Source: an uncultured Chryseobacterium sp. (GTDB lineage: Bacteria; Bacteroidota; Bacteroidia; Flavobacteriales; Schleiferiaceae). Taken from it: DNA of 44,344 nt. Below the pieces are notes generated by a model. It worked only from the letters and a program-made list of their open reading frames with translations. It was not told the DNA's origin and searched no databases. Position numbers and translations under genes: made by a program. This document shows positions 34,962-42,437 of the stretch, one piece after another. Numbering within the stretch: position 1 is the stretch's first letter; each line of letters opens with the position of its first letter. The DNA is taken from the NCBI GenBank assembly GCA_964507215.1, contig CAZDPF010000001.1, positions 1-44,344 on the forward strand. Direction: 5' to 3'.

Positions 34962-35954
34962 CTACAATCCTACCATTTCAAAACGCGCATAGCCCCTTTC
35001 ACCTGCGTCATTGTAATAATCTAGAAAGCGCAATTTGAAGTAGCCAGCCGTTCCTGCATCAATCACATAGATGCGTTCAGGTTCAATCAAGTAGCGCATC
35101 AAATCAAAATCATAGCGCTTCCAATCGTAGCCGATGCTATTTTCATCAGGAGAAAGCGTAGTATTTAAGGCATCTGACAGCTGAAAGGACTCCCAAGCCA
35201 CACCTTCTACAAGTTGGGCGCGAAGCCTTTCCCCATCAAACAAAACACCACGTACCAAATAAGCCAGGGTATCTCCTGCCGTGGTGAGGTCGAAATCTGT
35301 GTACTGTGAAAAACACAGATGCCAATCGTCTCGAGGAGGTTCAAAATTGAGAGATTGGTGCTGAAACAGATTGTACATCACCCGGCGGTAGCCATCTTGC
35401 CGCTGCACTTCTGCCCAATACACCGCACTTCCATCCAGTGGTCCGTAGCGAAAACGATAGCCATTGGCATCGTAGCTGTGCAGCTGTATTTTCCAGAAAG
35501 GAAGTCTGTTTAGATCGGCATCGTAGCCAAGGTCTATCACAAAAATTTCGCGATTCACAGCTCCATTGGCCATGAACATCCCTTTCAAGGCGGTCTTCTG
35601 GGCATCGCCATCAGGATAGTCGTAGCGCCAGCGAATGCCCCCTATGGTATCTGTGATAGCCGTATAGTTCGTGTCGCCCGCAGGCTTCGCAAACATAAAA
35701 TTGAAGCTGTTCAGATAAATGGCCGTGTCGCTCTCATCAGAACTAAAAGCCAGGTGAAAGCCATCTCGGTCTGAAGTCTGTACAAAGGCTCCGGTATTCA
35801 GATTGAAATACAAGGTACTTCTATAGTCTACTCCCATACCGGCCGTCAGCAATCCTTCGGGAGCGGCGGGCATTGGTTGCTCTGCCTTTTCACAAGCCAT
35901 GAGCAACAAACTCGTTGCACCCACTATGCATGCTAATGCCCTCACAAGGTCCAT
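34962..35954 (-). CDS. HmuY-like lipoprotein (putative heme/tetrapyrrole-binding), paralogue 2
   Basis: The lipobox is LLLMAC. It shares landmarks with the 38143..39384 product (GFHLAF vs NWHLAF; DWKRYD vs DWKSFD; YFKLRFLDYY vs VYHLTFTGF) that I recognise as the HmuY family pattern. It overlaps the TBDR stop by 13 nt. Confidence 0.5.
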   Translation of the reverse strand: MDLVRALACIVGATSLLLMACEKAEQPMPAAPEGLLTAGMGVDYRSTLYFNLNTGAFVQTSDRDGFHLAFSSDESDTAIYLNSFNFMFAKPAGDTNYTAITDTIGGIRWRYDYPDGDAQKTALKGMFMANGAVNREIFVIDLGYDADLNRLPFWKIQLHSYDANGYRFRYGPLDGSAVYWAEVQRQDGYRRVMYNLFQHQSLNFEPPRDDWHLCFSQYTDFDLTTAGDTLAYLVRGVLFDGERLRAQLVEGVAWESFQLSDALNTTLSPDENSIGYDWKRYDFDLMRYLIEPERIYVIDAGTAGYFKLRFLDYYNDAGERGYARFEMVGL

Positions 35955-38143
35955 TTTAAACTGGTGAAAATGCTTCTACCCCAAGCCATAGGAACAGGGC
36001 CGCCACCGCTGTGAACACCAGCCACCCCAGTGCTTGCTAAGTTTTGCACATCAAATAAATTTCTACCGCCCACGGTCAAAGTCAAGCGGTCTTTCCACAG
36101 TTGTTGGGTAGCGGAGATGTCTAACCAGTGAAAGTCACTTATGCTGGCCAATTCCACGCTATTTCCAGGCAAGGTGAGTTGAGGGGTTCGGCCAGAATAT
36201 TTGTAATTCATCGAAAAGCCAAATCGTTTGGAGGGGCGCCAATATTCAAAGCCTAGGCGTATTTCGGGACTCTCGAAAGTGGCCCGTTCTTGGTCGAGCT
36301 GATAGGCCTGAAAGAGGTAAGACGCTCCTGCCATGAACTGAAAGTCAGGGTGTATAGAATAAGTAGCCTCCAGCTGTGCCCCGGCTGTGGTGGCTTCACT
36401 GATATTCACATAACTAAAGCGGCTGCCTTCTACCTGTGCCAGTTCAATCATATTGTCGAGTTGGTTGAAAAAGACGCCCGGTTTGATGCGCACACTGTGC
36501 ACCCCGCGACGGCTTTGGGTTTTCCATTCTAAAGAAGCGTCTGCGTGGTGAGCGTACTCGGCTTGGAGGTTGGGGTTTCCTACAATATTGTGGTTGGCAT
36601 CAATGAATTCTATGTGCAATTCTTTGATGGTTGGTGCGCGAAAACCGCGTGCGTAAGAAGAACGGAATTGCCATGTTTTATTGGGGGTCCATGAAAAATG
36701 CATAGACGGAACCGGTTGGGCGGTGTAGGCTGAATTATAGCTCAAGCGCATTCCGGGTTGCACGGTCACACTCTCCAAAGGTTTCCATTGCAAGCTGCCG
36801 AAGAGTGCATAATCGCCAATGGCTTGGTATCCATTAGCGATGCGTTTTCCTCCACCTGTTTCATAGCTGAGTTCGTAGCCCAACTGATAATTCCAGGGCG
36901 ATTTTTCTTTGGTAGAGCTCCAAGTACCCCTTGAAATAAACAAGGAAGAAAAGGTGGTGTCATGCGGCGTAGGGTCTGGATTGATCTCTTGGATAACATT
37001 GACCAAATCGCGGTTATACTGCACATTGTCTCTTCTGAACCAATTGTAGGCTGCCATCACTTCTAAACGATGGGTTTTATTAAAGTCGCGATCTACTCGC
37101 AATTGGTTGTCCAATCGATAGGTGGTAAACCAGTTGTCAAAAGCGTAATTGGAGTACGCACTTCTTCGATCTCCTTTGTCTTTGATCAACTCTTCAAAGG
37201 CCCTCAGCTCATAGTGGAGATTCCAAACACCTAATTTGCGTTGGTAGGCTGCTCGCCCGAAGAGCTGCTCTTTCTGGTTCCACTGCAGATCGCGCTGACC
37301 ATGTTCTTCGGGGCTCCATCCATCAAAGAAGTTTCGCCCTCCACTCAAGATCAAGTGCTGCTGTCCTTTGAGCGGAACTTGCAGTTGTCCATCCACATTA
37401 TAAACCCCCACTGACTCATAGAATGCGCGGACTGAAGCTGCCCATTCTTTCTTCTTTGGTTTCCGGGTGATGAGGTTGATGGCACCGGCCAGGGCATTGG
37501 AGCCGTAGTTGACCGAGACAGGCCCTTCTACAATTTCCACTCGCTCGATGTCTTGCAAATTGATTTGGTTGAGATCAATATTGCCATCGAGCCTTCCGAT
37601 CATAGGCACCCCATCAATCAAGATCTTCACATTCTGGCCAGAGAGACCTTGCATGCTCATTCCGGTGCCTAAAACGCCATCGGTTTGCAGGCGGATGTTG
37701 AGCTGGTCATTGAGCAATTGGCTCAAGTTTACGGCCCCCTTGTTCTCGATGGTTTCTTGATCGATGATGCGAACAGCCATCACAGATTCCTCGGCCTTGG
37801 TGGGCAGATATTGGGCGGTGACCACCACATCGCTGAGCTCAAAATCTCCTCGTTGCAGGGCTATTCGTTTCGGAATGCCTGGAAGAAGCGTGTCTTGGCG
37901 GGTTTCATACCCTACAAAAGTGATGAGTACCGGTACGGCGGCCGTACTAGAGATGCTTACCTTGCCGTTGAGGTCGGTCACAAAAAGCTCTCGTCCTTCG
38001 GGCAAATCTGCTATCACATGGGCATATTCAATGGCCTGGCCCTTGTCGGCATCTACCACTTGCACTTCCACCAATTGGCCAAATAGCCACGAGGGGTGTA
38101 AAATGGATAACGCCAATCCTAAGAGCGCAAGGGGCTTTCTCAT
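35942..38143 (-). CDS. TonB-dependent outer-membrane receptor (heme-receptor-like FRAP/NPNL boxes)
   Basis: Signal peptide, then a carboxypeptidase-regulatory-like N-domain and a plug (DVVVTAQ..., IERVEIVEGPVSVNYGSNALAGAINLITRK). The 22-strand barrel region ends ...FTSLKWTL. FRAP (aa 501-504) and NPNL (aa 523-526) fall at nt 36566-36643. Confidence 0.9.
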   Translation of the reverse strand: MRKPLALLGLALSILHPSWLFGQLVEVQVVDADKGQAIEYAHVIADLPEGRELFVTDLNGKVSISSTAAVPVLITFVGYETRQDTLLPGIPKRIALQRGDFELSDVVVTAQYLPTKAEESVMAVRIIDQETIENKGAVNLSQLLNDQLNIRLQTDGVLGTGMSMQGLSGQNVKILIDGVPMIGRLDGNIDLNQINLQDIERVEIVEGPVSVNYGSNALAGAINLITRKPKKKEWAASVRAFYESVGVYNVDGQLQVPLKGQQHLILSGGRNFFDGWSPEEHGQRDLQWNQKEQLFGRAAYQRKLGVWNLHYELRAFEELIKDKGDRRSAYSNYAFDNWFTTYRLDNQLRVDRDFNKTHRLEVMAAYNWFRRDNVQYNRDLVNVIQEINPDPTPHDTTFSSLFISRGTWSSTKEKSPWNYQLGYELSYETGGGKRIANGYQAIGDYALFGSLQWKPLESVTVQPGMRLSYNSAYTAQPVPSMHFSWTPNKTWQFRSSYARGFRAPTIKELHIEFIDANHNIVGNPNLQAEYAHHADASLEWKTQSRRGVHSVRIKPGVFFNQLDNMIELAQVEGSRFSYVNISEATTAGAQLEATYSIHPDFQFMAGASYLFQAYQLDQERATFESPEIRLGFEYWRPSKRFGFSMNYKYSGRTPQLTLPGNSVELASISDFHWLDISATQQLWKDRLTLTVGGRNLFDVQNLASTGVAGVHSGGGPVPMAWGRSIFTSLKWTL

Positions 38144-39384
38144 TAGCGAATGAGGATGCGGCTGTTAAAGCGTTCACTACCGTGCTGCAGTTCCACCTGG
38201 TAGGTTCCGGTGGGCAGAGTAGACAGGTCAAGCTCTAGAAAATCATTTCCTTCGGCAATGGTCTGCACTTCTTTCACAAGGCGACCGTTGAGATCGGTCA
38301 GGCGAAGCACAACGGCACCGTTCATCCCGCCTAATGGAACGCGCACCCGATCGATAACCGGATTGGGATAAGGCAGCCAAGCCGTGGCCATTGGCTCATC
38401 TACACCAATGCTTTGTGCCGGACTTTGGGTAAAATCAATTTGTCCATTTCCGCTACCACCAAATCCGGTGAACGTCAGGTGGTACACTCCGCCTGAACGG
38501 CTGCTTACGAAATAAGACAATGAGTCAACAATACTCCAGGTGAAGGTGGCATTGTCAAAGCTCTTCCAATCTGAGCCAATGGTGCTGATGTCTTCGTCGC
38601 TCAGCGTATAGTTGACTGAATCTGCTGCTGAAACCATGGCGCCACGCACCTCAGCTGTTTGAACCCCTAGGTTAGACTGAATGCCACTCACGATGTAATG
38701 AAACACCATGGGTCCTGCTGGAATTTCAATGTCATACCTACGAGCGATGAGATCCCAAGTGGATGAAAGCGGCTCGCGATCAAGAAACTGATCATCTAAT
38801 AGGTTATAGTAGAAGAAATTCTTTCCGGCATAGTCTGTTTTAATCGCTGAACGGGTAATCTCGTTGCTCCCATCGAGATTGGCCAAGCGGAAGGTGAAGG
38901 TTTGGTTGGAGGCCCCCATTTCTTCTACAAAGAATTTGCGGAAACTCCCATCGGCTAATTCTATCACGAAAATGCGTGTGCCGTTTACGTTATGGGTGAT
39001 TTGATTGTATTCGCCCCAACCGTAGTCTGGATGGTTCACTCCCAAATTGGCAAAAGCGCCCAAAGCCCAGTCTGCCGAAGAATTGTGCAATTCTTGCGCG
39101 TGCATTCCGGTGGTGTCTAGGGTGCTCCAATCGTTGGCATTGTTAGAGGCCAAATAGGCCTTGACCCCAGCAGACTCATTGATCATAATGCTGGCATCAA
39201 TTGGTCTTACCGTGAATGCCAAGTGCCAGTTTTGCGCAGGCTCTGATTTAATGAGACCACCTGGCAATGAATAGTAGAGGTCATTGGCGTAGCCAGCTCC
39301 CATGCTGATGGAGACAGGCTGTTGGCTGAAAAGTGAGAAAGAAATGCCGCACATTAGCAGCAGAGAGGCGTTCAATCGCTTCAT
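38143..39384 (-). CDS. HmuY-like protein with C-terminal T9SS sorting domain, paralogue 1
   Basis: Signal peptide MKRLNASLLLMCGISFSLFS, then a roughly 310-aa domain sharing landmarks with 34962..35954. The last roughly 80 aa (YPNPVIDRVRV...LRLTDLNGRLV...LPTGTYQVELQ...ILIR) match the T9SS type-A C-terminal domain pattern. Its stop overlaps the TBDR start (TAATG at 38141-38145). Confidence 0.6.
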   Translation of the reverse strand: MKRLNASLLLMCGISFSLFSQQPVSISMGAGYANDLYYSLPGGLIKSEPAQNWHLAFTVRPIDASIMINESAGVKAYLASNNANDWSTLDTTGMHAQELHNSSADWALGAFANLGVNHPDYGWGEYNQITHNVNGTRIFVIELADGSFRKFFVEEMGASNQTFTFRLANLDGSNEITRSAIKTDYAGKNFFYYNLLDDQFLDREPLSSTWDLIARRYDIEIPAGPMVFHYIVSGIQSNLGVQTAEVRGAMVSAADSVNYTLSDEDISTIGSDWKSFDNATFTWSIVDSLSYFVSSRSGGVYHLTFTGFGGSGNGQIDFTQSPAQSIGVDEPMATAWLPYPNPVIDRVRVPLGGMNGAVVLRLTDLNGRLVKEVQTIAEGNDFLELDLSTLPTGTYQVELQHGSERFNSRILIR

Positions 39385-39432
39385 TTGTTGAGGAGTTGTT
39401 ACTCTTTATTTAGACTGGTTCTAAAGAAGGGG

Positions 39433-39462
39433 CAAATATAGTCTTCAGCCGATGGCGGCAAA
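39433..39462 (-). promoter_or_regulatory. Promoter of the HmuY-like/TBDR array (-33 TTTG, 18-nt spacer, -7 TATATTTG)
   Basis: The minus strand reads TTTG (39459-39462), 18 nt, then TATATTTG (39433-39440), 48 nt upstream of the ATG at 39384. Confidence 0.5.
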
Positions 39463-39488
39463 ACTAGATGGGCAGCTTGGTGTGTGAT

Positions 39489-40544
39489 ATGACGGAAATC
39501 AGAAAAGGAGCGCGCATTGCCTATGGCATTCTCGATTGGGGATTGGGCCATGCCACCCGATCTATTCCATTGATTCAAGCGCTGCTTCAGCATGATTGCG
39601 AGGTGCATATTGCCTCCTCGGGAAGTGCTTTGAAGTTGATGGCCAAAGAGTTTCCGGAACTGCCTTTTCACGCATTACCTGCTTATGACATTCACTACAA
39701 ATACCAACCCTTTTGGTGGGGAATGGTTCGGCAGCTTCCCAAAATTTACAAGGCCTTTGCGCAAGAGCATCAGCAGCTGTTGAATTGGACCCAGCAGATG
39801 CACTTTTCCACCATTATTTCAGACAATCGATTGGGTTTTTACCACCCTGATATCCCGTCGATCTACCTCACCCACCAGCTGCAATTAGAACTGGGTGTTT
39901 GGTCGGGAATAGCCACCCAGATGCACCGGCATTTTATGCAGCAGTTCCAATCGGTTTGGGTGCCTGATTCAAAAAGTCAATCCTTGGCAGGCAAGTTGGC
40001 TTCTCCCAGGGCAAAGGGCCTTCCGCCTACCCAATACATTGGCCATCCCTCGCGACTGCCCGATCTAGGGGATGCTGTTCCAGAAGACGGTCCTATTCTA
40101 TTGCTGCTTTCTGGGCCTGAGCCCCAACGTAGTCGCTGGGAAAAATGGCTTTATGAGCAGGCCTCGACTTTGTCCAAATGGCAGTTCGTATTGGTCAGAG
40201 GTCGCATAGACGCCCCCATCTTGCCCTCTAAAAAGCACATCCAGGTGGAGAATTTGGTGAATGGGGAACGTTTGCACGAGTTATTGAAAGCCTCCAGGCT
40301 GGTGGTTGCGCGATCAGGCTATTCCACCCTACTCGATCTATCGCGGGTCAATAGACCGTTGGTGGCTGTTCCCACACCAGGTCAAGGAGAACAAGAATAT
40401 TTGGCGCGCTGGCATGCCGAGCAGCGGCACCTCATTTTAGGAAAACAAGGCGAAGGCTATTTAATGGATATGATTGAAAGCGGATTGAACTTCCCGGGTC
40501 GATTGCCACAAGCACAGCCTATTGGCTTGCCCTTGCAACATTAA
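39489..40544 (+). CDS. GT-B glycosyltransferase family protein (MurG/UDP-glycosyltransferase-like)
   Basis: ARIAYGILDWGLGHATRSIPLIQAL is an N-terminal Gly-rich loop typical of GT28/GT1-like proteins. The C-terminal half has ...VVARSGYSTLLDL... and PTPGQGEQEYLA. The start is either 39489 (ATG) or 39468. Confidence 0.72.
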   Translation: MTEIRKGARIAYGILDWGLGHATRSIPLIQALLQHDCEVHIASSGSALKLMAKEFPELPFHALPAYDIHYKYQPFWWGMVRQLPKIYKAFAQEHQQLLNWTQQMHFSTIISDNRLGFYHPDIPSIYLTHQLQLELGVWSGIATQMHRHFMQQFQSVWVPDSKSQSLAGKLASPRAKGLPPTQYIGHPSRLPDLGDAVPEDGPILLLLSGPEPQRSRWEKWLYEQASTLSKWQFVLVRGRIDAPILPSKKHIQVENLVNGERLHELLKASRLVVARSGYSTLLDLSRVNRPLVAVPTPGQGEQEYLARWHAEQRHLILGKQGEGYLMDMIESGLNFPGRLPQAQPIGLPLQH

Positions 40545-41590
40545 CGCGCCTTGCGGAGGGTGAAGGAAAAGGTAGAACCCACATTTTCAGCACTTCTCAC
40601 ATTGATACTCTGTTTGTGGGCCTCCACAATGTGTTTCACAATGGCCAGTCCCAAACCCGAGCCGCCTGCATCACGCGCCCTACTTTTATCTACGCGGTAA
40701 AAGCGTTCAAAAACCCTTGGAATGTCTTTTTCCGGAATGCCCAGTCCGTTGTCGCTCACTTCCACCAAGATATTCTCATGCATATCAAAAAAGCGCACTT
40801 CCACTGTTCCGCCGTCCTTTTTGCCATACTTGATAGAGTTATTCAGCAAATTGATAAATACCTGTTCGATGCGCTGCTGGTCTGCCTTCACCCAAATGGG
40901 CTGTTTGTCGCGCTTTAGTTTCAGTTTGATGCTTCGCTTATGCGCTTTGTCTTCGAGCATATCCAGCACATCTCCCGCCACTTCTACCAGATCGAATTCC
41001 CTCCAATCCAGTTCCATGGTACCCGATTCCAACTTGGTGATGAGCTCTAAATCTTGCACAATATTGATCATGCGCTCTACGCTCTTGTTGGCGCGTTTGA
41101 GGTATTTAATATTGATTTCGGGGTCGTCTAAAGCGCCGTCTAAGAGGGTGAGTAGATAGCCTTGAATATTGAAGATGGGCGTTTTGAGCTCGTGACTTAC
41201 ATTGCCAATGAACTCCCTGCGGTAGGCCTCTCTTTCTCGCAGTTCAAGCAACTCTTTGGAACGCTCTTCGGCCCATTCGGTAACCTCTTTGCGCACCTGC
41301 TCCAAGTCTGTGCTTTCGGCCAGCTCCTGCTCTTCTTCCTCTGAACCCATTTTGAGCTCGTGGATATTCTTGTAGATGAGCTTTACTTTCTCGCTGATGA
41401 AACGTTCTGTCACCCGCCAGATAAAAAGAAACATCCCCAAGGCTGAAAATCCCAAACTCAAAAGTGCCAACAGCCAATGGGCGGGCTTAGACGGAAGAAC
41501 CGCATCCATCAAGAAATAGCTCGCCACTCCCATGACCATGAGCAGCAAAGCCGCATAAAAAGCAAGGACTTCCGGTTTGTCTAGGCGCAA
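40541..41590 (-). CDS. Sensor histidine kinase (two TM helices with a minimal external loop)
   Basis: H-box SHELKTPIFNIQGY, N-box LLNNSIKYG, G1 DNGLGI and G2 GGSGLGLAIV. It has a TTG start at 41590, 3 nt after the response-regulator stop. Confidence 0.88.
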   Translation of the reverse strand: MRLDKPEVLAFYAALLLMVMGVASYFLMDAVLPSKPAHWLLALLSLGFSALGMFLFIWRVTERFISEKVKLIYKNIHELKMGSEEEEQELAESTDLEQVRKEVTEWAEERSKELLELREREAYRREFIGNVSHELKTPIFNIQGYLLTLLDGALDDPEINIKYLKRANKSVERMINIVQDLELITKLESGTMELDWREFDLVEVAGDVLDMLEDKAHKRSIKLKLKRDKQPIWVKADQQRIEQVFINLLNNSIKYGKKDGGTVEVRFFDMHENILVEVSDNGLGIPEKDIPRVFERFYRVDKSRARDAGGSGLGLAIVKHIVEAHKQSINVRSAENVGSTFSFTLRKAR

Positions 41591-41593
41591 GGT

Positions 41594-42280
41594 TTACACT
41601 TCAAATTTGTAACCCACCCCTTTAACGGTCTTAATGAAATTGTCTCCAATTTTTTCTCGCAGCTTCCTAATGTGCACGTCAATGGTTCTGCCGCCTACCA
41701 CCACTTCATTGCCCCAAATGCGGTCTAAAATCTCATCTCTGTTGAACACCTTGCCCGGACGGGAAGCCAAGAGCGAGAGCAGCTCGAACTCCTTCCGGGG
41801 CAAATCGAGTTTCTTGCCTTTGATGCGCACTTGGTATTTCTGTAGGTCGATGGTCAACTGGCCAAAGTCATAAACATCAGGCAGTGTTTCCCCACTTGCA
41901 TTGTATCTCCGAAGTAAAGCTTTCACCCTGCTCACCAAAACTTTGGGTTTAATGGGCTTGGTAATGTAGTCATCTGCACCGGCATCAAAACCCGCCACTT
42001 GAGAATAATCTTCGCTGCGCGCCGTCATAAATGCCACAAGTACATCTTTGAGGCTGGGCTCTTTGCGAATGGCGTCGCAGGTTTCAATGCCATCCATGTC
42101 AGGCATCATAACGTCTAAAAGGATGAGATGCGGAGGATCTTTAAGGGCTTTTTCAAGTCCTTCTTCTCCATTGGAAGCCGTTCTAACTGCAAATCCTTCC
42201 TTCCGGAGGTTGTAGCTGACAAACTCCAGAATGTCGTGTTCGTCATCTACGAGCAGGATCTTGAAGTCGGCAGGATTCAT
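41594..42280 (-). CDS. OmpR/PhoB-family response regulator
   Basis: Trimmed to Met12 (reverse-strand ATG at 42278-42280): MNPADFKILLVDDEHDILE. The receiver Asp is in LILLDVMMPDMDG, and there is a winged-helix output domain (RTIDVHIRKLREKIG...VKGVGYKFE). Confidence 0.92.
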   Translation of the reverse strand: MNPADFKILLVDDEHDILEFVSYNLRKEGFAVRTASNGEEGLEKALKDPPHLILLDVMMPDMDGIETCDAIRKEPSLKDVLVAFMTARSEDYSQVAGFDAGADDYITKPIKPKVLVSRVKALLRRYNASGETLPDVYDFGQLTIDLQKYQVRIKGKKLDLPRKEFELLSLLASRPGKVFNRDEILDRIWGNEVVVGGRTIDVHIRKLREKIGDNFIKTVKGVGYKFEV

Positions 42281-42296
42281 GATTCCGGGTTTTGGC

Positions 42297-42304
42297 CAAA
42301 AGTA
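42297..42304 (-). promoter_or_regulatory. -7 box TACTTTTG for the response regulator/kinase operon
   Basis: Minus-strand TACTTTTG, 16 nt upstream of the ATG at 42280. Confidence 0.4.
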
Positions 42305-42395
42305 AAGTTTCAAGGATTAAGAAATAGATAATTGTCCATGTAATCTTTGTTCTATTTACTTAATACTGAGGTAACAATAAGGAAATAAAGCGACG

Positions 42396-42403
42396 TACTT
42401 TTG
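42396..42403 (+). promoter_or_regulatory. -7 box TACTTTTG for the cupredoxin-fusion gene
   Basis: Plus-strand TACTTTTG, 34 nt upstream of the ATG at 42438. The octamer is identical to the divergent promoter at 42297-42304. Confidence 0.4.
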
Positions 42404-42437
42404 CGGGCTCAAACCTTCATTACTAAACCCGTACAAT

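Noticed and set aside
39385-39467. Possible riboswitch (e.g. cobalamin) or Fur-type operator in the leader of the TonB-dependent receptor array.
   Set aside because: The 5' UTR implied by the promoter is only about 45-50 nt, too short for a cobalamin or other known riboswitch. I could not see a convincing AT-rich inverted repeat of Fur-box type. Iron regulation, if any, cannot be inferred from the sequence alone.
39399-39671. 90-aa minus-strand ORF spanning the HmuY-like/GT intergenic region.
   Set aside because: It overlaps the 5' end of the glycosyltransferase gene on the opposite strand and also overlaps the mapped promoter elements. It has no signal peptide or motif and its composition is unremarkable. 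It is most likely a chance ORF.
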